Source: Adineta vaga (Eukaryota > Animalia > Rotifera). From it: a stretch of DNA of 64,000 bases. The notes beneath the pieces were generated by a model that saw only the letters and a program-made list of their open reading frames with translations, made no database searches and was not told where the DNA came from. The number at the start of each line of letters is the position of its first letter. Within the stretch, counting starts at the first letter, position 1. The stretch is taken from contig CP075496.1 in the NCBI GenBank assembly GCA_021613535.1, positions 12,028,001-12,092,000 on the forward strand, given 5' to 3'. A program made the translations under genes and the position numbers. Below are positions 15,201-26,357 of the stretch, piece after piece.

Positions 15201-18200
15201 ACATCGATTGGACAATAAATCAAAACTATCTTTCAATTCATGAAGTTCTTCCCGATTCTTTTCATTGTTTTCGGTTTCCATCTAGAATTTGCAAAGTAAA
15301 CATAGATTAAAATACACAATGAACTTTCAACAAACCTCAGAAATTGGTTGTTGTTTCATTGACTCAGATGATACTTTTTCTATAACAATAATGCAACATG
15401 TATTTCATCGTCTTTGTCTAAACAATCAGTAATCTTACCCATCGATTGCTTTTCAGCATCGAGTTGATCATACGCTTCTTTCATTGCTAATAACTCACGA
15501 TTCAGTTCATCCACTGTGTTCACATATGATTCACGGATCGCAACATTTCTACTATTTTCTATATTGAAACAGATGAGAGACAGATGACATATTGCGTAGT
15601 GGTGCTAGTCGAAGAATTACCTGATCGAAGTTCTTCGTTCGTTCTTTCGAGTTGTGCATATCTATGATGAAAGTCTTCTGTTTGTTTTCTGAGTTGTTCG
15701 ACTATCTGTTGAATAAGATCATCAAGTGAACTACTGGAATCAGTAGATAGATATGAAGCAAGTTGATTTCGCAGATTATCGATTTGTGCTTCTTGAGTTC
15801 TATCTTTGAGAAATAGTTCTTCGTTCAACGTATTGATAGTATTCACATATGCTTCTTTCATGTTCTCTAAATTAGTTGTTGATTCTATACAAAACAAAGT
15901 TTACAAACACATCATAGCAAAATCAGAAATACTTGATCGAATACCTGTATGAAGAGTATCATTCTGTTGTTGAAGTTCATGATATCGTTGATTGAAATCA
16001 TCTCTTTCTTTGCTAATATGTCCAATGATTTGTTGTGCAGCTTGATCTAGTGATGAAGTTTCGTCGATGGGTAGAATATCATGCATGAGATTGGCAAATG
16101 TTTGAAATTGAGCTTGATGATATTGTTGCCATGCTCGATTGGCTTCATCAAGTTGTGCGCATCGTGATGTGAGAAGATCGAGATCATCACGCAGTTGCTG
16201 AAGTTCATGTTGAGAAGCAGGAGAAGGTGCAGCTTGATTCAATGACACGTTATGAATTTGTGCCTTTTGAAAACAAAAATAGAGATGAACAATACAATGA
16301 AAATTTTGACAAACCTCTGGAATCGGTGATGGATATTTCTGCTGTCTACTGTGTTGTGAATCAGCTATTGTTGAATCTACAAAGTATTTTTCATAAATAT
16401 TTCTGATCTTTCGAAATGGATATCATACCAGGTGTGGGTGTATTTCGTTCCTGTTGTGCACTACGTATGGATAAACTTTCAAGTTCTTGACTTAACGTAT
16501 ATTTTTCGATTTCAAGTTGATCATTTTGTTGTTTCATCAAGATTACTTGTTGAGTAAGATCATTGATGGTATTGGCATAGGTTTCCTTTATCGTTTGCAT
16601 TTCATTCGTGGTTTCTAAAGGTGACCGAGAAAAAGAAGTTCAATATTTGATTGCAAAATCTATTTATTACCAGTTCGAAGATCTTCATTGAGTTTTTCTG
16701 CTGTTTGCAACTGTTGCATTAGAACTTCTCGTTTATTTTTCAATTGATCGACATATGCAAGAACTTGTTGTGCAATATCATCAAATGTGACAATATCGTC
16801 CAGACGACAACTCTTCCGAAGTTTATCTCGAAAGCTATCCAATTGAATTTGATGAAATTGTGACCATGCTCGATTAGCTTCATCCAATTGTGTATTTCGT
16901 GCTGCGAGAGTAGCAAGATTTTCTTGAAGTTCACGAATTTCTTCTTCATATTTGGTAACATTCGGAGAAGGGCTATGATTTGAAACCTACAAAAACAAAT
17001 AAATACATGATATACATCCGATAAAAAATATAAAAACAGACATTATGAGATTTATCATCTTGAGTTTGATCATGCTCATTGCTTGTGATAGTCTGTGTAT
17101 CTTGAGATCGATGGGTATTGCTTGTTGTAAATTGACCATTATTCGCTTGAAGTAGTTCGTTAGTCACATCTATTTTCATATGAAAAAATTCATGTAATAT
17201 TCATTATCGGAAGAGATAAGAACGTACTTTTCATATCATGAAGTTCACTTATTTGATTATTTAAATCATTAAAACGATTTTCAATCTGTTGTACAATATC
17301 ATTGAATGATAAATGATTAATATCATTCAATTTCAATCTTTCTTGTAATAGAGCTATTTGATTCTGTTGATATTGTTCCCAAGCTTGATTTGCTTCATTG
17401 AGTTGTTTTAATCTAATATTCATTGAAGCGAGTTCTTCACGAAGTAGTTGAGTGTCTTCCATTTCATGTTGAATATTGCTATCGGATGTTGACTGTACAA
17501 GAGGAATATTATGAATACGAGCCTGAAATAAGACATATGCATAGACATAAACATTACAATAAGAAAATCAACAAACTTGTGCAACTTGTTCCGTACGATA
17601 TCGATCTTCTATCATAGGTAATAATTGATCAATTGATTGAATAGAATCAAATGGTAATTTAAAATGTGTATACAAACGTTTTGTTGCTGATTTATATGAA
17701 TTTAATTCGGATTCTAATTGTATTTTATTATCATCCATATTTTCAATGGTTCTTAATAATTGTAAACGATCTTGTTCAAGTTCATTTAATTTTTGTTTAT
17801 CTTGATTGATTTTCGTGTTTAATTGCTCTATTTCATGTCGATCTTGTTGATGATTTAATTGTAATTTTTCGAAATCTTTGCGTAGAATTAATTCACGTTG
17901 TTTTATTTGCTCATTTTCAACAAGATCACTTTCAATTTGACGTAAATAATCCATAACTTGCTGTTTTTCTTGTAGCATCCGACGCTGTGTAGTAGATAAT
18001 TGTGAACGAACTTGAATATTGTCAGAACGAAGCATTTCAATTGTTGAACCTAAAGAATATATTCGAATAAATCTAGTAAATGTTGATGAAACTCTTCAAG
18101 GGTAATCTTTCATGAAAGTTAATGAATGTTCGAACAATAGAATAACAAAAAATATGTTTTTTCAAATTAGAACTATCATGAAATTTGTTTTTTTATTATG

Positions 18201-19938
18201 GAAAATTTCAGTGTCTCATCAACTCAACTATGTTCTCAAGGACAATGTTATCGCTTGATTGAATCTAAAGTTCTATGACTTTGAAGAACAAATAACAACA
18301 TAGTTAGTCTGATAAATTAGACTCTATTGTTATTTTCTGCATAGAAACAGACGATGATGATTCATTTGAAATGAATTAATAAACTTTTCGATTTGTTTTA
18401 CTCGATTGATTCGTAAGAATATGTAGATTACCTTGTTCAGCTATTTGTACATTAGCATGTTGTAATAGTTTTTCTAAATCTTGTCTACTTGATTGTGCTT
18501 CTCTAATATCATTAGTTAAACGTATTCGTTCGGCATCAATTAATTTACAATCACTTTCTAAATTCATCATTGAAACTTCTAAACGACGTTTAACAAGGAT
18601 ATGATTTTGTATATCAACAGTTAATTCAGCTATTTTTTCTTTTAATTCATCGATAACACCAAGTTGAGATTTACCATCACAACGTAAAACGGAAATTTTT
18701 CGAGTTAGATTCGTATTTTTTTCTTTCATATTTTCATATTCTTTTTGTAATTGTTCAAGAACAAAATTTTTTTCTTCTAATGATTTTTGTAGCAATTCTA
18801 ATTTGCTTTGATCATTATTCATATGTGTTAAATTCAAACGTTTATGTTCACTTAAATTATTATTCACTGTTTCCATTTGTTTTTGATATTCAGAACGTTC
18901 TTGTAGAAGTACACGAATTTCTGTTCGTAGTGAATTGATATAATCTTGAAATAAACTACGTTCTTTATCCCATTCAACAAATATCAAATCATCCGATGCT
19001 CCACTATAAGTTGTACCATGTTCAGATTGAGTATCGGCACCTTGTTTACTAACACTACGATGTAAGGAAGAAATTAAATCAGTTTCTGATGTTGATATAT
19101 CACGATTTAATGAATTAACTGATTGACGAATAGCTATACCAGGCATCGATGTTGGTTTTGTATGAAATGTTTCAAAGACTTCTCGATCTTCTATAGATGG
19201 TGATTCAACTGAATTGATTGGAATGAAATGTATTTCATTTGTAGCTGATGAGATGGATGCTGGTACAATAGATTCAGGTATAGATGTAATATAAGTTGAT
19301 GAAAATGGAAGATGATTAATTTGATTGGATTGTTCATTGAAATGAACTGGATGTGTTATTGATGAAATATCAATATTGGTTGTTGTTGATCCATTGAATG
19401 GATTTGTTGTTAATCGTGAACATAGAGATGATGTGGGAGATGAATATGTTCGACCATATTTCATTTGTTTAACACGATCAACTTCTTTTTGAATTTCAGC
19501 AAGTGATGTTGTATGTGTTGAACTTGCTTTCATATCATCTTCATTCAAATTTGATATATGATGATTGGTACCAACAGCTATTTGCTGCAATGTCAATGCA
19601 TCGAATTGATGTAAATTATTCTCATTCAAAACTGAAGTTTGCGTCGATATTAAAGAAGGAGGTGCTGATGCGGGAGGGTCTTGAGTAATTTCTTGTTGTT
19701 GTTGTTGTTGTTGTTGTTGTTGCTGGTTCTGTTGTTGTTGACTAGTCATGGTTATTGATGAGAGTTCGTCTAATGAATGTGAATGTCTAATTGATGTTGA
19801 CTGTTGTTCAGTTTTTTGAAAATCTGTGGAATAATGAACGAGAGAATGATTAAGTATAGAATTTAGTCGATCACTATTTGCAAACTGATTGAATTCTTCG
19901 TCATCAGCTGAAAATGTAACTCTTTCCGGCTTTAACAT
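208..19938 (-). CDS. Giant multi-exon coiled-coil protein (about 5,000 aa, rough estimate) with EABR-like repeats, LC8-type TQT motifs, KLKRALQ repeats and a Cys-containing C-terminus
   Basis: Chain of minus-strand E/Q/L/K-rich exons from MLKPERVTF (19938) to ...VIVRTTVK* (208). GT-AG junctions checked by hand near 18430/18050, 12350/12294, 10080/10023, 9623/9574 and 1389/919/783/725 are phase-compatible. Not every junction was checked. There is one apparent frameshift near 6234. Confidence 0.75.
3110..8260 (-). repeat. Coding repeat family 'K(L/V)NxKLKRALQxIK(D/E)KI...RP(D/E)LF...E(D/E)TxERLDHLI': 5 clear copies and 1 degenerate copy
   Basis: Copies near 8100-8260, 7400-7556, 6240-6400, 5040-5200 and 3800-3950; degenerate copy HQIVTENPHLF near 3150-3240. 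Confidence 0.85.
10756..11788 (-). repeat. Near-identical intragenic duplication, copy A (exons and introns)
   Basis: Matches 15379-16263 almost base for base, including intron text such as 'tcatcgtctttgtctaaacaatcagtaatcttacc'. Confidence 0.95.
15379..16263 (-). repeat. Near-identical intragenic duplication, copy B (lacks about 140 bp present in copy A)
   Basis: Direct comparison with 10756-11788; the segment 11168-11310 has no counterpart at 15787-15793. Confidence 0.95.
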
Positions 19939-20607
19939 TGAGCAAACGAATCTTGTCTAATGGTGTTAAAAATGCCTCAACTATAACAAGATTGATGAGA
20001 CACATTCAGGAAAGAGAGACAGAGAGAGAAAAATATAGACGATACGTATAAGTATGAAGACAAGGACAATTGGAGTGTATCTATAACCAACCACAGAACG
20101 AAAAAGTAAAACGGTCTAGAAAAATAATTATATATTAATTTAATATTAACAAGAAAATTGACATAGAAAAACACAATAAATAACTCAATCAAGCGGAACC
20201 TAATATTTCCTTTTTTGTTTCGTTGTTCTTGATGATAACTCAACGACGCGCTTTTTTCGTTCGTTCTTGTAATCATCAGTATCTGTACACGCGTCGGAAA
20301 AGAATATTTCTGATTGGTTAAAAGCAACCATTTTCCTACAATAGAGTCCTCAATCCAAAAGCAACGAATAATAAATGAAATTGATTTCTAGAGCTTATTT
20401 CTATCTATTTTATCATGCAATAATTTTTGTGAGAAAAAAAATTTCCATTGAACTTCTTTATAGAAAACGAATGTCATGTAAAATTGAATTGTTATTCTAT
20501 TCTGTCGCATCAAATGTACTTATTTCTTTACATCATTTAGTTCTTAAAACGCCTATTATATAGATAAATTGTATTTTTATTCATTGACATTTTAGCGTCT
20601 CAAAAGA
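19939..20607. promoter_or_regulatory. Probable bidirectional promoter between the giant coiled-coil gene and HARS
   Basis: Start codons are head-to-head, about 670 bp apart. There is a CpG-containing patch (acgcgc, acgcgt near 20245-20295) and an inverted CCAAT box (ctgattgg near 20310). Confidence 0.45.
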
Positions 20608-22718
20608 ATGGCAACGAATTCAGATTCTTTGGCGAATTTATCTTCAACCATGGCAACAACTATGTCAATAACTGATACAGATCTTTCTGATTTAATTAAA
20701 ATACAAGGTGATCTTGTTAAAAAATTGAAAGCAGAAAAAGCTTCTAAGGAACAGGTTTGTGATCTTATAAACGATTTCTTACAAAGCGGAAAATGATTTT
20801 GAATAGATTGACGAAGCTGTTAAAAAACTGCTTGCTTTAAAACAAGAACTTGCTGATCATCAAGCAGCAAATGGTGAAGAAGCAAGTACCGCTGCTGACA
20901 AACTTCTTAAAACACCTCGAGTAAGCTGTTTTGTTTTCTAACTATGTAACAAAATTATCGTTTAATTAGGGTACACGCGATTATCATCCAGGTCAGATGA
21001 AAGTTCGTGAGCAAGTCTTCAAAACAATAACCGATTGTTTTAAACAACACGGTGCGGAAACAATCGATACACCAGTTATCGAAATAGCGGTAGAAGAAAA
21101 TTACATCTTTTTCTGATTATTTTAATGCTAGTTTTTCTAGACATTGCTCACAGAGAAATATGGTGAAGATTCGAAACTTATTTATGAATTAAAAGATCAA
21201 GGTGGCGCCGAACCTTTGGCATTACGTTATGATTTAACAGTTCCATTTGCACGTTATATTGCGCAAAATAAAATTGCAAACATGAAACGATATCATATCG
21301 GCAAAGTTTATCGACGTGATAATCCAAAAATGTTACGAGGTCGTTATAGAGAATTTTATCAATGTGATTTTGATATTGCCGGTGAATTTGATGCAATGGT
21401 ACCTGATGCAGAATGTATTAAAATTATTGTAGAAATTCTCGATAAACTTGATCTCGGAGACTTTAAAGTCCATGTAAGTAAACAGAAAATTTAATATTTT
21501 ATTGATACGATATTTTCTAGGTTAATCATCGTAAATTACTTGATGCTATCTTTGCTGTATGTGGTGTTCCGGATTCACACTTTCGTCCGATAAGTTCAGC
21601 AGTTGATAAACTTGACAAAGTATTGACTTGTATTCTTAGTATAAATTTATTAGTTTATGTTATTTTAGACACCATGGAATGATGTTCGAAATGAAATGAT
21701 TCATCAAAAAGGCTTATCACCAGAAGTTGCCGATAAGATTTGGGGTTATGTTCAAATGCATGGTAAATCATTTCTTATATCCGTTTCGATAATAAATCAT
21801 CTTTTCCTTGTGTGATGTTGTAGGAAGTACAGAACTGGTTACTAAGCTTCAAGCAGATGCTCAGTTAGCTGGTCAACAATCTGCAATTGATGCATTGAAA
21901 GATTTGGAAGTACTCTTTCGTTATTTAACATTATATGAAGTGATGGATAAAGTAAGAGAAAATTAAATAAAAACTTCTAAAAATTGATTATATCTATTTA
22001 TTTAGATCGTATTCGATTTGAAATTAGCGCGTGGTTTAGATTACTATACTGGTGTTATTTTTGAAGCTGTTTTAGTTAAATATCAATATGATGCACAATT
22101 AGGTGATGATCAAGTCGCTGTTGGTAGTGTTGCTGGTGGTGGAAGATATGATGAATTAGTTAAAAAACTCGATCCAAGACAACGATCAGTGCCATGTATT
22201 GGAGCCAGTATTGGTGTTGAAAGAATTTTTGCAATTAAAGAACATCAAATGGCTGAATCAAAGATTCAAACGAAAACAGTTGAAACAGAAGTTTATGTTG
22301 CCTCTGCTCAAAAAAATTTAATTGAAGAACGTATGAAATTATGTAATTATTTATGGGCAAATGGATTCAAAGTTTGTCATTTATTTATTAGTATTACTGA
22401 CTAATTAGTTGAATTGATTTTCTAGGCAGAAATGGCATTTAAACGTAATCCAAAAATGCTTGATCAATTACAATATTGTGAAAAAAATCAAATTGAATTA
22501 TGTGTAATTATCGGTGATTCAGAATTAAAAGATGGTAAAGTGAAAATTCGCAATGTTATTACACGAGAAGAAGTAAGAGAGATTCATTTTTTTTGTCTAT
22601 ATTAATTACAAATTACATCCTATTTTAGTGTGATGTTCCCCGTGAACAACTTGCTGAGCAATTAACCGTTCATCTTGCAACCGTTCGAGAACAATCTAAG
22701 GATTTATCATCAAAATAG
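20608..22718 (+). CDS. HARS1: Histidyl-tRNA synthetase with N-terminal WHEP domain (multi-exon)
   Basis: WHEP ([13 protein letters not shown]), LKTPR|[61 protein letters not shown]; stop TAG at 22716-22718. Confidence 0.96.
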
Positions 22719-23253
22719 ACAACAACTGATTAATTTCTATATTTTGTTTGTTTTGTTGTTGTAGCCTATCCTTTGAAGAACAGTATATTTTCTTTTAGCC
22801 ATAAACACAAGATCCTATCGTTGAGTCATTTCAAAATCTATGAGAAATAATAGAAAAAGAAGAATGAAAAATCTTCATTTTATTCTTACACAAACAAATG
22901 GATGAATAAAAAACAAAAGAACTTTCCGTAAACTGAATCATATTTCTCATTGCTTGACGAACGATGAATCAGTTGATCTTGCTAGACTTTAATACGATTG
23001 ATCTTTCATGAAATATAGAATAATATTCTATATTTCTGACTTGCTTTATCGTGCTCTTGCTTTTGTGAACATTATCAGTTATTTACATCTTTTTTTTGTC
23101 ATGATTCTTCATAGAAGAAAAAAAACATATAGATTATCGATATCTGCATTCAGAAAACCTACATTGTCACTTTTTTCTCAACATAAACATGACCTTTTTT
23201 CCGTTTGCAATCATCGACGATAAATCAAATCTGTATTTGCTTATAATTTTCAG

Positions 23254-23604
23254 ATGAGCACTTCACTGAAAGTTTTTGACAATGTTCCTGATTGTGTTGG
23301 ATATTTAGTAATGAATGCAGATGGTTCAGTTGAACATAGTCATGGTGATTTACAAAATAATGAAACTGTAGCAAATTTGATATATAAAATGGTTCTATGT
23401 GCTATTAAAGTTAGTGTACATCCAACTAAGCAAATTCTATTCAACCGATTTACAGGTTTGAAAGAAAAACATACGTTCATTTTGTAAATTTAATTGTCAA
23501 ACATTTTTCTAGTTTCCAATGATCAATATGTCTATTGTGTTTCATCTGCAAATAATCGAATTTATGCAGTTAAACGTCGACAAGAATCATCGGCAATGGC
23601 TTGA
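23254..23604 (+). CDS. LAMTOR4: Ragulator subunit LAMTOR4 (2 exons; intron 23456-23511)
   Basis: VPDCVGYLVM...SHGDLQNNE...FNRFTV...RIYAVKR resembles human IPDQLGYLVL...SSGDLENDE...FKRLSV...RVFVVKR. Confidence 0.9.
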
Positions 23605-24472
23605 AATCGATATATTCTATATATTATTTTTCCTAGTGATTATTTTTTCGAAATACGAATAAAATTCATGATTTTCTTATTTGTCATATCATTCAATCGA
23701 CTTCCGTTGATGTCTCTATGTGATATTCACATGATAATTAATGAAAAAATGATTGTCTATCAGTCGAATATTTTGGATAGCTGTGTAATATATTAATTAA
23801 AGTGTGACTGTATAAGATATGCAAAATAATATGTGTCATTTTTATAAATGATTTCATCATTCCTTATGCACGAATATTACTAACTTTTTATTTGTCATTA
23901 CTGAAAATGGGATCTTTCTCATAACAAATCCGACAATAACAATGTGTGAAATGACAGGTGATGCTGAAAACTCCGTGTTATGTTGAAGAAATCCCATTGT
24001 AATACGATATGGCATTGAAAATGCTTTCATTCCTACATGATGCGCTTCCTATTCTATTTTCAACTAAAAAATGAATGGGTCGTAACTGACGGATTCGACA
24101 TTTTTCGTGCTACTATTTTTAACTACGTCTAACCAATTATTCTAAAACGTAATTATCTTAATAAATGCTGACGTATTTTCTACCTCCAACTCATTTGCTG
24201 TCAATAATCCCAAAGTGATTACATCATAAGAGGGAAGAAGAGAAACGAAAACGTAGGTGATCGACTACGAGCAACTATGTTTGCTTATTTTTATTAATGA
24301 ATCATTCTAAAATTATTTGAATAAATGATTCATTCGTAGATTTGATGAAAGGAAAAATTCGCAACGTATTCATACACACGCATTTTATACACCTGGAATG
24401 AGTCATAAAGCATACATTTGATCAACGTCTGCTTTTACTCATTTCTGCATAACGTTTCTCAATAACAACCCT

Positions 24473-25667
24473 ATGTCGCAACGATCATCGAAAGACCAAT
24501 GTCTTTCAACACTATCCCAGATCTTCCCATTTTTGTACGTTGGTTCTCAAGAAGATGCTTTGTCCATAGAAATCATACAGGCATGATTCTTTTCTTTGAT
24601 TCTGTTCGATTTCATTATGATATGTCATTTTATTTTGTAGAAAAATCAGATAACCCATGTGATTAATGTAAGTACAACAGGTGATAGACCATCCTTTCTT
24701 AATGAAGATGATAACGAACATTTTTTACGAATACCAATTAATGATTCTTTGGATGCACAACTATTACCTTATTTCGATCAAGCTTATGCGTTTATTGGTG
24801 AATATATGTTTTTTTTCCATGAAAAATTCATCTGGGTTTTTTTAAACATCTTTAGAAAAAGCACGATCAAATAAAGGACATGTTCTTATCCATTGTTTAG
24901 GTATGTTTATCTGTTTTTTTACGATGATTAACCGTCTTGTTGTATTTCTAGCGGGTATTAGTCGTTCGCCAGCTCTTGCAATTGCATATGTTATACGTTA
25001 TTTACATTTATCTGCAGATGATGCATATAAACATGTCAAAGAACGTCGACGACAAATCTCACCGAATTTTAATTTTTTAGGTCAGTTACGTCAATATGAA
25101 AGTAATCTTACGTCCATATCTACAAACAATTCAATACCGAAATGTATTAAAGTTGAATCACCTGTTAATGAACGTCGTTATTGTATACAAGTAGAAAGTT
25201 GTAGTCATATAGATAATTCAATAAAACATCGAACAAATGTTTTGAAACGTCCTACATGTTTTAATTTTGATTCAATGAATGCTCGAAGATCTCAAACAAT
25301 AACTCCATCTCTATCTTGTTTTGCACAGTTAACACTTCAATCGATTCCTCAACAACAACAACAACAATTTTCATTTCAACCGTCAGAATCCTCACAATCA
25401 AATGATGTATCAATGTTAGACGACGAGTTCCCAGGAGTGAAGTTGATAAATAGTAGTTATGATGAAATAAGAAGTAAAAAACGAATTGAAGTCACACCGA
25501 AAACTCCTTTATTGGAACAATCAGATTTAATCAATAGCTATTTTCAAGGATCAGAAATGCTATCAAAATCATTAGAACAATGGAAATCTTCGCAAACATT
25601 TGATACAAATACAGAAACCATAACGAATGGAGTTTTGACTTCAAGTCTCGAAGTCTTTGTTTTGTAA
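24473..25667 (+). CDS. Dual-specificity MAPK phosphatase, DUSP8/DUSP16-like catalytic domain (4 exons)
   Basis: IFPFLYVGSQEDA, ITHVINVS, RIPINDS, spliced active site HCL|AGISRS, ISPNFNFLGQL. The first intron (24581-24640) is GC-AG. Confidence 0.88.
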
Positions 25668-26357
25668 TTTAATGTTTTCTCTTTACTTCATTTTAACAAA
25701 CAAATTTCGGTGTTTTTTTGTTATTGTTGTTGCTGTTGTTGTTATTGTTGCTTTCATCATTTTAAATGAGATGTTTTCTTTCAAGGTAAATTTGATAAGA
25801 AGCTTTAGAAGCGCTACTGTTAAATTTATCATTCACGCTGAGATATGGTGCTATAAATGTTGACTAATCGAATACTATTTTATTTCAATAAAATTTTCCT
25901 AGGAACTTTTAATAAATCTATAAATAATAGGTCAAGATAAAAAGCTTATCTTTCTTGGATTATATTATTTATAAAACGTTATTGTAGAAAAGAGAAAAGC
26001 AATTGTAATGAAGTTCGTCTGAAAATCTCTTGACTATTAAAACATTATCAAACATGGTCGTTTTTTTATTGTTTGATTGACGGAATCGTTGTTTCCATTT
26101 AGTATACATCATCATTCAAAATCGAAGTAAATACAAATGTTTGTTACGATCTATTAGGAAAGTTCCGTTTTGCTAGATTAATATTGATTCTAACAGATCT
26201 CTCATTGTCCAATAATATTCATAAATCTGCTTTCCATTCGAGTTTTTCTCGTCTCGTGTTTTGTATACCAAAGAGAAAAAAAGGACGTTCTCAATTAACT
26301 TTAATTTACTTTCATTCAATAATAATACAAAAAAAGAAAGTCATATACAAATAGTGA

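Larger units (their letters stand above)
10360..17460 (-). repeat. 11 coding repeats of an 'ELxxLR...L(D/E)EANRAWQxY' module (EABR-like)
   Basis: The W-containing motif lies near 17380, 16865, 16130, 15173, 14482, 13900 (degenerate, ETIRSWQQF), 13558, 12918, 12178, 11653 and 10544. Confidence 0.85.

Noticed and set aside
10756-16263. Duplicated segment as LTRs or a transposon
   Set aside because: Both copies consist of in-frame host exons and introns; no transposase, RT or terminal motifs were seen.
208-19938. Several separate genes, or a named protein such as myosin, golgin or CEP55 itself
   Set aside because: The junctions checked were phase-compatible across the region, and no motor, GRIP or other diagnostic domain was recognised, so no symbol is given.
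23860-24130. Slightly GC-richer stretch with a 57-codon minus-strand ORF
   Set aside because: No recognisable protein or transposon motif, and it is too short to support.
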